Assembly (NCBI GenBank): GCA_011772425.1
Contig: WVZO01000485.1
Span: 40,514-104,513, forward strand
Direction of reading: 5' to 3'
Origin: Candidatus Aminicenantes bacterium
Lineage (GTDB): Bacteria > Acidobacteriota > Aminicenantia > UBA2199
Length of the DNA: 64,000 nucleotides
Below the pieces are notes generated by a model, which did not search any database, was not told the origin of the DNA, and saw only the letters and a list, made by a program, of their open reading frames with translations. Position 1 is the first letter of the stretch. Each line of letters opens with the position of its first letter. The translations under genes were made by a program, and so were the position numbers. This document shows positions 56,301-63,400 of the stretch, in pieces.

Positions 56301-56649
56301 TGCGCTTTTTGATGTGATGTTTGGGATGCAAAATCTTGGCGATCAAACGCAGGATGTATTGGAAATATCAATTCCCGGGTTGAAGTTAACGCCTTATGAT
56401 GATGAAAGCAAAGTTTCGAAAATTGACCTGGTTTTTTATGCCTATGAAAAAGTCGAAGGAATCGATTGCCTGTTTGAGTACAGTACAAAATTGTTTAAAC
56501 CAGAAACCATTGAGATATTGAAAGATCGTTACATCATCTTACTTAAGAGGATATTGGCAGACCTGGATTGCAGGATTGGGGACCTGGATTATCGAACCGA
56601 AGTAGAAAAAGAGTTAGACAAAGTCGAAGATGTCGGCTTTGATTTCTGA
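43591..56649 (+). CDS. g9 NRPS, C-half / A / T / C / A / T / C / A (no T) / decayed A shell carrying an rSAM+B12-like cassette / T / C / tail
   Basis: The ORF track starts at 43555. I prefer ATG 43591, which has AAGGAGG at 43578-43584. The N-terminus ..FENEKIYWLNKLSGEL.. is the C-terminal half of a C domain only. T motifs: GGHS 46030-46041, 49222-49233 and 55129-55140. C His motifs: HHIITDG 46615-46635, HHTISDGW 49795-49818, HHIITDG 55681-55701. rSAM motif CPYNCLYC at 53098-53121. Ends ..KVEDVGFDF. Confidence 0.95.
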   Translation: MNRNVLIPIDGFENEKIYWLNKLSGELSEVKLVADFPGKECCRTANYKLLFEKEITQHLIRISKNNDLSFFVILLTSFKILLFKYTQQNEIIVASPTYSKSNQKYNRNVVFRDFIYPEMTFKEILLKVKQTVGEGYRNQYFPIRRLIDLLDVGDTLSLFRVIVLLENIHDKESVDEITRDFENDITLSFRRTGEELEANVIYNSSLFKEETVQRLFVSFQHVLIQISGNTDIEVKNIETIPREVTNEILHEFNKTEVEYPEYETIHRLFERQVERTPDHMAVACMEHAASITYRRMNERANQLARVLKERAVDTGCIVGLMMHDSTEMAVAILGVLKAGGAYLPIDPDYPQERKVYIAKDSHLNILLVGSSLSGGITGIHSPLLIIPLTGETLAGFDTANLQRTGSASDIAYVIYTSGTMGRPKGVVVEHKGLVNFTYWRLKFHGFNERDVTLQLFSPCFDGFGSNFYSSLLSGGTLLVVSASRKQDYEYIKKIVEHKGVTNATLVPGMYEALLDLAEGDELESIRFVVLAGERTRENILEKALEKNPNVIHINEYGPTETTVGATANANLNRDDTAVIGKPISNMRVYILDPSLKLVNVGVPGELYISGVGVARGYLNNPELTSEKFINNSFFPGEKMYKTGDLARWCPDGKIEFLGRVDFQVKIRGFRIELEAIEKHLLEYPLIKEAVVIAEAPPWKQGHSSYESSDKFLCAYIVSDMDFVTFEPGLKEFLSGVLPDYMIPSYFVPIEKIPMTTTGKVNRRALPEPEMAAGKEIVVTPPRDEMEETLAGVWSDVLSINRELIGIDNNFFDLGGHSLKATIASAKIHKELHVDIKLSDIFEFRTIRELAGYIKKAALTTYTSIESVEKRDYYFLSSAQKRLYILQQMEPDNTSYNIPIFLTLEKGIDELKLEETFKRLIERHESLRTSFEMFDDEPVQRAHEFVEFKMEYFEAGGDEEVEAIRKNFVRFFDLFQAPLLRVGVIHTPVFGQPSQEGNSKDTRILMVDMHHIITDGVSQDILTRELVRLYEGEELSCLRLQYKDFSEWQNGEEQKKIIESQKSYWMNAFSGEIPVLNLPADYPRPRVQSFEGCTFHLALDETELRVLKDISREAETTLFMSVLSVFYILLSKVSGQEDIIVGTPAAGRQHADLEHIIGMFVNTLALRNNPVGSKTFYEFLHEVKQRTLEVFENQEYQFEDLVENAAVNINRDASRNPLFDVMFAWDKQEDGGHQGEELNLKPFNFSTETSKFDMTLFALEEKNRLSLIVEYCTKLFKEATIERFIGYFKKIITEIFGNPDRKISGVEILFETEKSLILHGFNETEITYPKDRTIQELFEEQVEKTPGKISVVFKDKHITYNELNMKSDQLAGVLRRKGVRPDTIVSMMADRSLEMVIGILGILKAGGAYLPIDPGYPEERKKFMFNDCDSRILLTQKSYLDHGDFARIVLDIESDEAFRGQSPVNLDHSLCSDNLVYVIYTSGTTGKPKGTLTMHYNVTRVVRDTNYIDLNWDDRVLQLSNYAFDGSAFDIYGALLNGAALVMIKQEDILAADILADLIKREKISVFFVTTALFNTLVDIGIESFDGIRKVLFGGERVSMDHAGRALEYLGKDRIIHVYGPTETTVYASYYFIDEIGEDWDTIPIGKPLANTTAYILDRYLKPQPIGVPGEIYIGGDGLARGYLNRPVLTSEKFIANPFGEGELLYKTGDLAIWDTDGCITFLGRIDHQVKIRGFRVEMGEIENHLLSHEKVKEAFVTVLEGRGGSSGGSGEGDRRLCAYIVPSLSTTELDVSALKEFLSGELPVYMIPTYFVPLDKLPLTPNGKVDKKALPIPESVETGKEYSAPRNQLERKLVGFWSKLLDVDGGKIGIDDDFFDLGGHSLKATVLISRIQRELDVNVPLKNIFEMPTIRELAQYIKDAVEEQYVPVYLVEEREYYDLSYAQQRLWVICQFENESTAYNMPEAFLLSGRLNIESLEQALQNLVKRHESVRTVFIRVEGKPKQKIFHEFSFVLEKADLRQLRLPVKNEKVLEITNAYANQTFDLEKGPLFKAKLVRLEDEKNLLIFNMHHTISDGWSLGIMHREIFTLYNAFSKGNKNSLSPVGLQYKDYTLWHNEQVEKGCYEADRQYWLEKLKDRPNGIELPLDHPRRPVQTFNGGNVYFTIKPGVKSKFHRLNREKETTIFMNFFTLFSIFMSKYTGQQDIVFGSPIAGRKHPELRDLIGFLVNTLVLRAYINPEESFTALLEEGRQETLDSYEHQDYPFNLLVEQLGLDRDVSQSPLFNVMVAHINLGKQEDKLLMDGITLEDSSELENFNMSAFDLIFFMEEVEDHINCIFNYNSDLFEAATIERMSVNFLTFLENAVDNPDLPVSQLSVIAEAESRKIICEFNENQQEFPSLTLQELFEHQVEKSPGKTAVVYYKDEITYNDLNKKANRLAHYLRDQYGVGKGKIIGICIDRSIEMVTALLGIIKAGAGYVAIDPTYPEDRVLHMLNDSQADLLIIDKLRPHLFANYKGKMIDIHSGWTDISLKSTENPELINDFSDILYVIYTSGSTGTPNGAMLSQGILSNLIQWQENNTSIDASGPCLQFTSVNFCVSFQEIMITLTSGGEVHLIDDIERRDIDYLMDFLSEHKIELLYLPFSYLNFLFNESSRWGESFKHELKHIITAGEQLKITRGLKEFLECNRHIKLHNHYGSSEMHVVTSYTMDYTEADTRPVPPAGKPIANTRIFILDEHRNPVPIGVWGELCIEGSWEVAGYINNRELTDKKLISHPVLNEGNKHLYCSGDIGRWLPDGNIELRGRKDTQVKVRGFRVELSEIESKILAVEGVNDCVAVVKSDEKGEKYLAAYVVVEEVDVGEIKKQLNNYLPQYMIPKLLVLDKLPLMHNGKVDRDRLPDPETMVKAIYDIKPGTVSSLLRSGDFQPQEWQNISLLDADKSTVEKVIAYFTSLVRDQFLDETVGVSQIDINVLTGKDKERLLSEAGEPGVSSSHDRTLQGFFEEQVSETPRNIAVIEYMECSTLTYEELNKRSNQLAHLLRRKGVQPGTVVGVMIKPGIEMIIGIAAVLKAGGGYLAVDRDLSSDEAIALLKENNVSMVLSSTAAMGKHPFKKFLGFATNGVEPHISCIRQQITDFNGLPIPDRSLVDYEKYGKNIGLAMAKHTITLQATRGCPYNCLYCHKIWPKKHVIRSAENIYQELKLYYDMGVRRFVFVDDIFNLDMENSKKFFEAIIANGLEVQLFFPNGLRSDLLTRDYIDLMVKAGTVSLGLALETASPRLQKLIKKNLNLEKLHENLKYLCSHYPQVIVELFLMHGFPTETEEEARMTLDFLKSLKWIDFPYFHILKIYPHTDMAEMAVQNGVSAEAIARSADLAYHQLPETLPFDKSVTLRFQTEFLNDYFLRKDRLSAKLPYQMRVLTEDEIVQKYNSYLPVDIKTFEDFLDFAGISKEELITLEFLDEEAVSTPGLNDKLMDHFPVNKPGKNALRILLLDLSQFFSGEKDILYDGVEPPLGLMYLLTWLNRQLGNKIAGKIAKSRIDFDNYKQLKALLDEFQADIIGIRTLTYYGDFFHKTVSLIRQWGIDVPIVAGGPYATSDFATILQDPNVDLVVLSEGELTFCELMEKVLENNGELPDDSVLRDIPGLAFIPGTHKDDRYRKEKREILLLDELRDMLSEEPDKNPEPVNELTDLAAVIYGTGSNRQQVRLPVSHKNAIQMLSGLREDFYAGYNSSGGAEFPVMIGSWVFNGSLEQLFAALLQGGTLCVPPGDTRIDDIGLLEYYKERNKESAGTFLHLRLMWKGGHKGMKQLPGEEDYTAPTNQIEEVLVDIWSEVLGIGKDMIGIDSDFFEVGGHSLKATIVVSKIHKKFNVRVPLAEMFKASTIRELVQYITEASKVEYTHVEAAEEKEYYPLSPAQKRLYIAQQFDLKSSGYNLPRIFILEGKPDAKKMNDTFKQMIERHESFRSSFINVNDEPVQKIRDHVEFGIEDYQVEVDVPIEEITRGFIRAFDLSQAPLLRVGLMHMGKEKYILMMDMHHIITDGISMAIFVNEWMALYCGEELPALKLHYKDYSEWQGRLWKNDSQALESQENFWLKQFEGEISALTLPLDYERPGVFQFEGKQYIFEIGKEETEALRNVIKEEDVTLFMFLLAVFYVLLAKTSGQGDIVVGIPVMGRRHADFQSIIGMFVNSLALRNYPEAKKTFKEFLMELKERALKAFDNQDYQFDELVDRLDIERKPNRNALFDVMFGMQNLGDQTQDVLEISIPGLKLTPYDDESKVSKIDLVFYAYEKVEGIDCLFEYSTKLFKPETIEILKDRYIILLKRILADLDCRIGDLDYRTEVEKELDKVEDVGFDF
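44350..45890 (+). other. g9 A1; code DGSTVAEVGK (closest to the Tyr-type signatures DGTITAEVAK / DASTVAAVCK)
   Basis: FDGFGSN.., ..VTNATLVPG.., ..VVLAGE.., NEYGPTETTVGAT, TGK. Same A subfamily as the g3 A domain. Confidence 0.5.
47550..49085 (+). other. g9 A2, uninterrupted; code DGFFLGVVYK (Ile signature)
   Basis: A2 core at 47794-47829 and A3 core at 48010-48057 are only 181 nt apart. FDGSAFD.., ..ISVFFVTTA.., ..VLFGGE.., HVYGPTETTVYAS. Confidence 0.7.
50760..52290 (+). other. g9 A3; Pro-type code with Asp235 replaced: CVQYIAHVVK. No T domain follows
   Basis: NFCVSFQE (Cys codon TGT at 51373-51375 where FD is expected). P-loop TSGSTGTPNG (Asn codon at 51262-51264 for the usual Lys). YGSSE for YGPTE. 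EGSWEVAGY for the A6 core. Confidence 0.7.
52540..52880 (+). other. N-terminal (A1-A2) part of the decayed A-domain shell in g9
   Basis: ..RTLQGFFEEQVSETPRNIAVIE..LTYEELNKRSNQLAHLLRRKGV... The A2 core is degenerate: LKAGGGYLAVDR at 52786-52821, against LKAGGAYLPIDP elsewhere. Confidence 0.75.
52984..54560 (+). other. Embedded cassette 2 (g9): radical SAM domain followed by a B12-binding-like domain
   Basis: DFNGLPIPDRSLVDYEKY..LQATRGCPYNCLYC (53098-53121) ..ALETASPRLQKLI... From ~54037: LRILLLDLSQ..PPLGLMYLLTWL..ADIIGIRTLT..PIVAGGPYATS..DLVVLSEGELTFCEL..IPGLAFIP. Confidence 0.85.
54652..55020 (+). other. C-terminal remnant of the decayed A-domain shell in g9
   Basis: AAVIYGTGSNRQQ (54652-54690) replaces the A3 core AYVIYTSGTTGKPKG. 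Only ~123 aa separate it from the T-domain leader, against ~364 aa in g7. No A5-A10 cores are present. Confidence 0.75.
56620..56646 (+). other. C-terminal tail of g9: KVEDVGFDF
   Basis: Last 9 codons before the stop. Confidence 0.65.
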
Positions 56650-56729
56650 CAAAAACGAAAATGGCTTGAATTGCAAGTTTTGAGGTCCCTGGATTTCAAG
56701 TTAATAAGAATAAATAGTAAGAGGGAAAT

Positions 56730-57420
56730 ATGGATAACAAAAAGACAAAATTCATTGAAGAGTATTGGTTAAAGCAATTGGATGGAGAATTGCTCGGAGT
56801 TTCTCTCCCATTGGTAAAGGGGGAGCAATATGCTCACGAAGTGCATCCGCAACTAGAAATTTCCGGCGAAATATACACAAAACTGAAAAAAATTGCCAGA
56901 GGTTCGGATGTCGCATTATTTATATTGTTTCTAAGCGCTCTCAATGTGGTTATACATAAATATACAGGAGCCGAAGACCTTGTGGTGGGGACGATACCGC
57001 CGAAGGATAGAGGATTAAAAGAAGAGATAGTACTATGCAGAAATCGGATTACGGGTGATCTAACCTTTAAAGAGTTTGTAACTCACGTCAAGGAAGTTGT
57101 ACTGAAAGCCTTTAACCATGCAGAATATTCTTTTAAGGATATCTATAATAAATTATGTATTAACAAGGGAGTAGAATCATTCGATATATTTAATATTGCG
57201 TTTATTTACGACAAATTCCAGGATAGGGGTAGATTTCCGCTGGCATTTGATTTGCTGATTGTCTTATCTGAGCTGGGGGATCAAGGGGTTATGGAGGTAG
57301 AATATAATACCCAACTTTATTCCGGTGAAATTGTGAATCGGTTCCTCAGGCACATCATTGCTATTTTTGATGATATTTCAGGCAACCTGGAAATGAAAAT
57401 TACGGAAATAGAAATGCTGA
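56730..57420 (+). other. C-half at the N-terminus of g10
   Basis: MDNKKTKFIEEYWLKQLDGEL.. through ..IEMLTSQERKQVLYEFNDT, with no His motif. Confidence 0.8.
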
Positions 57421-60400
57421 CTTCCCAGGAGAGAAAACAGGTATTATATGAATTCAATGATACCAGGGTAGAGTATCCGGCGGATAAAGCCCTTCATGGA
57501 TTATTTGAAGAACAGGCAAAGCAAGGACCTGATGGCATTGCTGTAGTTGACGAAGAGCGTAGAGCGGAGAGCCTAGAGCAACTACAAATAACCTACCATG
57601 AATTAAACCGGAAATCTAATCAATTGGCCTGTTTATTAAGAGAAAAAGGCGTTAAACCCGATACAATTGTAGGGCTTATGGTGGAGCGTTCCGTGGAGAT
57701 GGTCGTTGGGGTATTGGGAATATTGAAGGCCGGCGGTGCTTATTTACCCATAGACCCGGATTACCCGGAAGAACGAAAACGATACATGTTGGCCGACAGC
57801 AATGCGAAGGTTTTGCTTGCTGCGCCAGCGGCTCAGGTTACGCTTGAGGTTAAGGAGAAAGAGGAACCTGTAGAAATAATAGATATTTCTTTAGACTTCT
57901 CTTCCTTAACCTCAACCTTAACCTTAACCTCAATCTTAAGCAAGGTTAGCTCGTCTAACCTTGCTTATATCCTCTACACCTCCGGTTCCACCGGTAGACC
58001 CAAGGCCGTGATGGTAGAGCACCGGAGTGTGGTCCGTTTGGTCAAGAATACCAATTTCCTGGATTTCAATGAAGAGCACCGGGTGCTGCAAACCGGTGCG
58101 TTGGAGTTTGATGCTTCCACCTTGGAGATATGGGGCCCCCTGCTGAACGGGTCACAATTATTCCTGGTGAATAAAAACACCATCTTATTCCCGGAAAGAC
58201 TGAGGGAGACCATGAAAAAGTATCACATTACCACCATGTGGATGACCTCGCCGTTATTCAACCAGCTAGAACAGGCAGATATCGAGATATTTGCAGGTTT
58301 GAGGTACTTGTTGGTGGGAGGCGATGTGCTGAACCCCGTCCATATCAACCGTGTCCGGGAGAAATTTTCTCACCTGCATGTGATCAATGGATATGGCCCA
58401 ACGGAAAACACGACCTTCTCCGCTACTTTTTTGATTGATAAAGAATACAGGGATAATATACCCATCGGCAGCCCCATATCAAATTCTACCGCTTATATCG
58501 TGGACCATCGTATGTATCTGGTGCCCATCGGAATCCCCGGTGAACTGGTGGTGGGCGGCGATGGGATTTCCAGGGGTTATTTAAACCGCCCGGACTTAAC
58601 CGCAGAGAAGTTTATTAAATCTTCACTGAACACTCAACACTTAACACTTAACACTCGTTTTTATCGAACTGGTGACTTGGCCCGGTGGCTCTTGGATGGA
58701 AACATCGAATTCTTGGGCAGGATCGATCAGCAGGTGAAGATCAGGGGATTTCGCATTGAATTGGGAGAGATTGAGAGTCGATTAACCGCACACGGGGATG
58801 TTGGGGAAGCTGTGGTAAGAGTAATATCCACGACGGGCGTGGAGAAAATACAGACACCCGGTGAGAAGGATAAACGATTGTGTGCCTATATCGTTCCCGT
58901 AAATGGGGTAAGCCTGGATATACCTGGACTGCGGGAATATTTGTCTTCGGAACTCCCGGATTACATGATTCCGTCATTTTTCGTTCAATTGGAGAAAATA
59001 CCGTTGACTCCCAACGGTAAAGTAGATCGGAAAGCTTTATCTGTTCCTGAAGTGGAAGCTGGTGAAAAATATACGGCTCCCAGGGATGAGATCGAAGAAA
59101 AGTTAGTGGAATTATGGGCAGAGATACTCATGCTGGATAAAACCGTCATCGGTATTGACGACAATTTTTTCCACCTGGGAGGCCATTCGCTAAAAGCAAC
59201 TGTTTTGATGACCAAGATTCACAATCAATTCAACGTCAGGATAGAGTTGACGGAGATATTTGTAAATCCATTTATAAGAGGACTGGCACGATGGATTAAA
59301 AATGCGAAGAAAGAAAAGTATATCTCGCTGGAACCCGTCGAGGAAAGAGGATATTATCTGTTATCCTCTGCGCAGCTGCGATTGTGGGTGATATGTCAAA
59401 TTGAAGAGGTATCCTCTGCCTACAACGTTCCCTATGCATATATTGTTTCAGGGAAGCTGGACATAGAAGTGTATCGCCGGGCAGTACAGGCATTGGTAGA
59501 TCGCCACGAAGTTTTACGAACGGTTTTTATTAGGATGGATGGTGAACCAATGCAGAAAATTATTCAAAATTTTAAATATGAAGTAGAAGAAATCGACCTT
59601 CGTCACCTGGATGCCAAATCCAGAGAACAGAAGACCATGGAAATATATATGACCAGTGTCAATAAAACCTTTGATCTGGAAAATGGTCCCCTGATGCTTT
59701 TCAGATTCGTTCGCTTGGAGGAAGAAAGATACCTGGTGGTGTACAATTTTCATCACATCATCTGCGATGGATGGTCTGTGGATATTATTAGGGAGGAACT
59801 GTTTAGTTTGTACACTGCCTTTTTAAAAAATGAGAGAATTCCGCTGGAGCCTTTGAACTACCAATACAAAGATTACTCCCAATGGCAAAACGGGTCTATC
59901 TTTCGACAGCAAATAAGAGAACAGGAAGCGTTTTGGTTGAGTGAATTTGAAGAAGACCAAATCCAGCCATTGAACTTGCCTCTCGATTATTCAAGGCCAG
60001 AAATCCAGAGTTTTGAAGGTAGTACATTGGGTTTTGAGATTAGTGCTGAAGAGGCCACAAGGTTAAGAGAGCTGGGAGATGGATCGGGTATTACTCTTTT
60101 TATGAAGTTATTGACCATCTTCAATATCTTTTTATCTAAAGTAACCGGCCAGGAGGAAATTACAATAGGGACCGCTGTGGCAGGACGGCGTCATGGGGAT
60201 TTGCAGAATATAGTAGGCATGTTTGTAAATATGATGGCTCTCAAAAATGCTGTCAGTGAAGATGAAACCTTTAACCGCTTTCTCACAAAAGTAAAGAAAA
60301 AGACACTCCAGGCCTATGAAAATCAGGATTATCAGATCGAAGAACTGATAGAAAAGGTGGTTACCAACAGGGATACCTCTCGCAATCCACTCTTTGATGT

Positions 60401-63400
60401 GGTGTTTGCATTGCAAAACCTGGAGAAAGAGGAAAAGCGAATTCCTGGTTTGATAATGGAACCTTACTGGCATGAACGTACTATACCCAAATTTGACCTG
60501 GTTTTTGTGGGGAAAGAATTAGAAGATACAATATTATTTTCTATTGAATACTGTACAAAGCTGTTCAAAAAGGAAACCATAGCAAAATTCATTGAATATT
60601 TTAAGAAAATAGTATCTGAAGTTCTTAAGGACCCGGGAAGAAAGATCGCTGAGGTAGAGATTATATCGGAGGATGGGAAGCATAAAGTATTGTATGATTT
60701 TAATCGAACCAAGACCCAATACCCCGGAGAAAAAAACCTTCATCAATTATTTGAGGAACAGGTAGAGAAGAGGCCGGAAAAAATAGCCTTAGTAGGCAGT
60801 ACTCAGTATGCAGTAAGCAGTAAAAACAAAGCTGGAGAAGTGGGGCAATTAACCTACCGGGAATTGAATGCAAGATCCAATCAATTGGCGCGATTTTTGA
60901 AGAAAAAAGGAATTTCAACGGATACCTTTGTAGCTATGATGATGGATCGTTCACCGGAGATGATCGTTGGCATACTGGGCATCCTCAAGGCTGGGGGAGC
61001 TTATTTGCCTATTGATCCCGGGTATCCTCATAATCGCATTGAATCCATGCTGGAGGATTCCAATTCATCTATTCTTTTAACAGAAACCGGTGGTGTTGAG
61101 GATCATCATGTATTTACTGGGTTGCAGGGTTTGGAATCCAGTGATGTATCTTTGCAGATCACGGCTCCCAGGCCTCAGATCCTGGATTTTGATGGTTTAC
61201 CTATACCGGACCGTACCCTTATCGATTATGAAAAGTATAATCGATATATTGGGCAGGGGATGGTAAAACATAGTGTCAACCTCCAGGCAACACGGGGTTG
61301 CCCCTATAACTGTGCTTATTGCTGCCGGGTCTGGCCGAAGAAAAATGTGATACGCTCGGCGGAGAATATTTATGCAGAGGTAAAAATGTATTACGAGGCG
61401 GGGGTCCGCCGGTTCGTATTTATTGATGATATTTTTAATTTAAACATCCCCAACAGCAGTCGATTTTTTGAATTGGTAATCAAAAATAATTTAAAGGCGC
61501 AGTTTCTCTTTCCCAGTGGGCTTCGGGGTGATATATTAACAAAAGATTATATTGATCTGATGATGGAAGCAGGAACCATCAGTTTTCCCCTGGCGTTGGA
61601 GACGGCTTGCCCCAGGCTTCAAAAGTTCATTCGGAAACACCTGGATCTCGATAAAGTCCGGGAAAACCTGGAATATATAATGGCAAAATATCCACAGCTT
61701 ATCCTGGAACTTCATACCATGCACGGCTTCCCCACAGAAACCGAAGAAGAAGCAATGATGACATTGAATTTTATTAAAAGCCTGGAGCGCATTCATTTTC
61801 CTTATGTTCACATCTTGAAGATTCATCCCAATACCGGTATGGAGAAACTGGCTCTTGAAAATGGGGTTTCAAAAGAGGCCATCGCCTACTCAAGGAACCT
61901 GGCTTACCATGAACTGCCGGATACGTTACCATTTAAGAAAAGTTTTACAAAAAATTATCAATCGGATTTTTTCAACAATTATTTTCTTTCCAAAAACCGC
62001 CTGCTCCAGGTACTTCCTTATCAAATGAGAACGTTAACCGAGGATGAAATTGTCCAGAAATACAATAGCTACTTGCCCGTAGACATACATAGTATTGAAG
62101 AATTGCTGCAATTCCTGGGGATCGAAAGGTCTCAACTGGGGGTGGAATCTTGTCTGGATGAAGCGAGTATTGCTGTTCCCAATTTAAATGTGAAATTGGA
62201 AAAATATTTCCCCAAGAAAAGGTCTACTGATGGGTTGAGGGTTTTACTGTTGGATTTGTCGCAGTTTTTCACCACTAAAAGCGATATGCTTTATGATGTG
62301 GTGGAGCAGCCGTTGGGGCTCCTTTACCTGATGACCTATATAAACCGGAAGTATGGCGATAGAATTACCGGCAAGATCGCCAAATCCCGTATTGATTTTG
62401 ATAGTTATGGGGAATTAAAGGCTCTTTTGCAGGAATTTAAACCCGATGTCATTGGGATTCGTTCTTTGACCTATTACAGGGAATTCTTTCACCGGACGAT
62501 TGCCATGATACGGCATTGGGGATTCGATGTACCGATTATTGCAGGTGGGCCTTATATTACGGTTGAGTTTAAATCCGTTTTAAAGGATGCGAATATTAAT
62601 TTAGCTGTTCTTGGAGAAGGGGAGAATACCTTTGGTGAAATTATCGGTAAGATACTGGAAAATAAAGGAAAATTACCCGGGGAAGAGGTATTAGAAAAAA
62701 TTGTCGGGATTGCTTATGTTCCCGGAAGAACAGGCGCGAAGGCGGGAAAAGCCAGGGAAATCTTCATGTTGGACCTGCTCCAGGAACAATTATGCAAAGA
62801 ATCTCGTGAGAATTTAGAGCCGGTCAATCAATCCCATCATCTATCTTACAGCATATTTACTTCCGGTTCCACGGGCAAACCCAAGGGGACCCTTACCACT
62901 CATTATAATGTCAGCCGGGTGGTCAGGGATACCAATTATATCGATTTAACTGAGGATGACAGGGTATTGCAGTTATCCAATTATGCTTTTGATGGTTCTA
63001 CCTTTGATATATATGGGGCTCTATTAAATGGTGGAACGCTGGTAATGCTAAAAAAGGAGGAAGTATTATCTATTGATATTTTATCTGGTTTGATCAAAAG
63101 GGAAAATATCTCGGTATTTTTTGTCACCACGGCGATGTTTAATGCCCTGGTGGATGTGAATATCGGTTGTTTAGACAGTGTGCGCAGCGTGTTGTTTGGG
63201 GGGGAGCGGGTATCGGTGAATCATACCAGGCGTGCATTGGAACACCTGGGACCGGGTAAAATCATCCATGTATATGGTCCCACTGAAACCACGGTGTATG
63301 CAACATATTATAGGGTGGATCAGCTAGATGAAGCGTTAGGAACCGTACCCATAGGTAAACCTATATCCAATACCACCATTTATATACTGGATAAATATAT

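Larger units (their letters stand above)
57460..59040 (+). other. g10 A1; code DALWLGGTFK (Val-type signature)
   Basis: FDASTLE.., ..ITTMWMTSP.., ..LLVGGD.., NGYGPTENTTFSA, NGK. Confidence 0.6.

Noticed and set aside
56660-56700. A possible terminator hairpin (CTTGAA...TTCAAG) in the g9-g10 intergenic region
   Set aside because: It has only a 6-bp stem with a ~24-nt loop and no following T-run. The other intergenic gaps (5711-5799 and 28073-28161) also lack convincing hairpins. The genes are most simply one operon.
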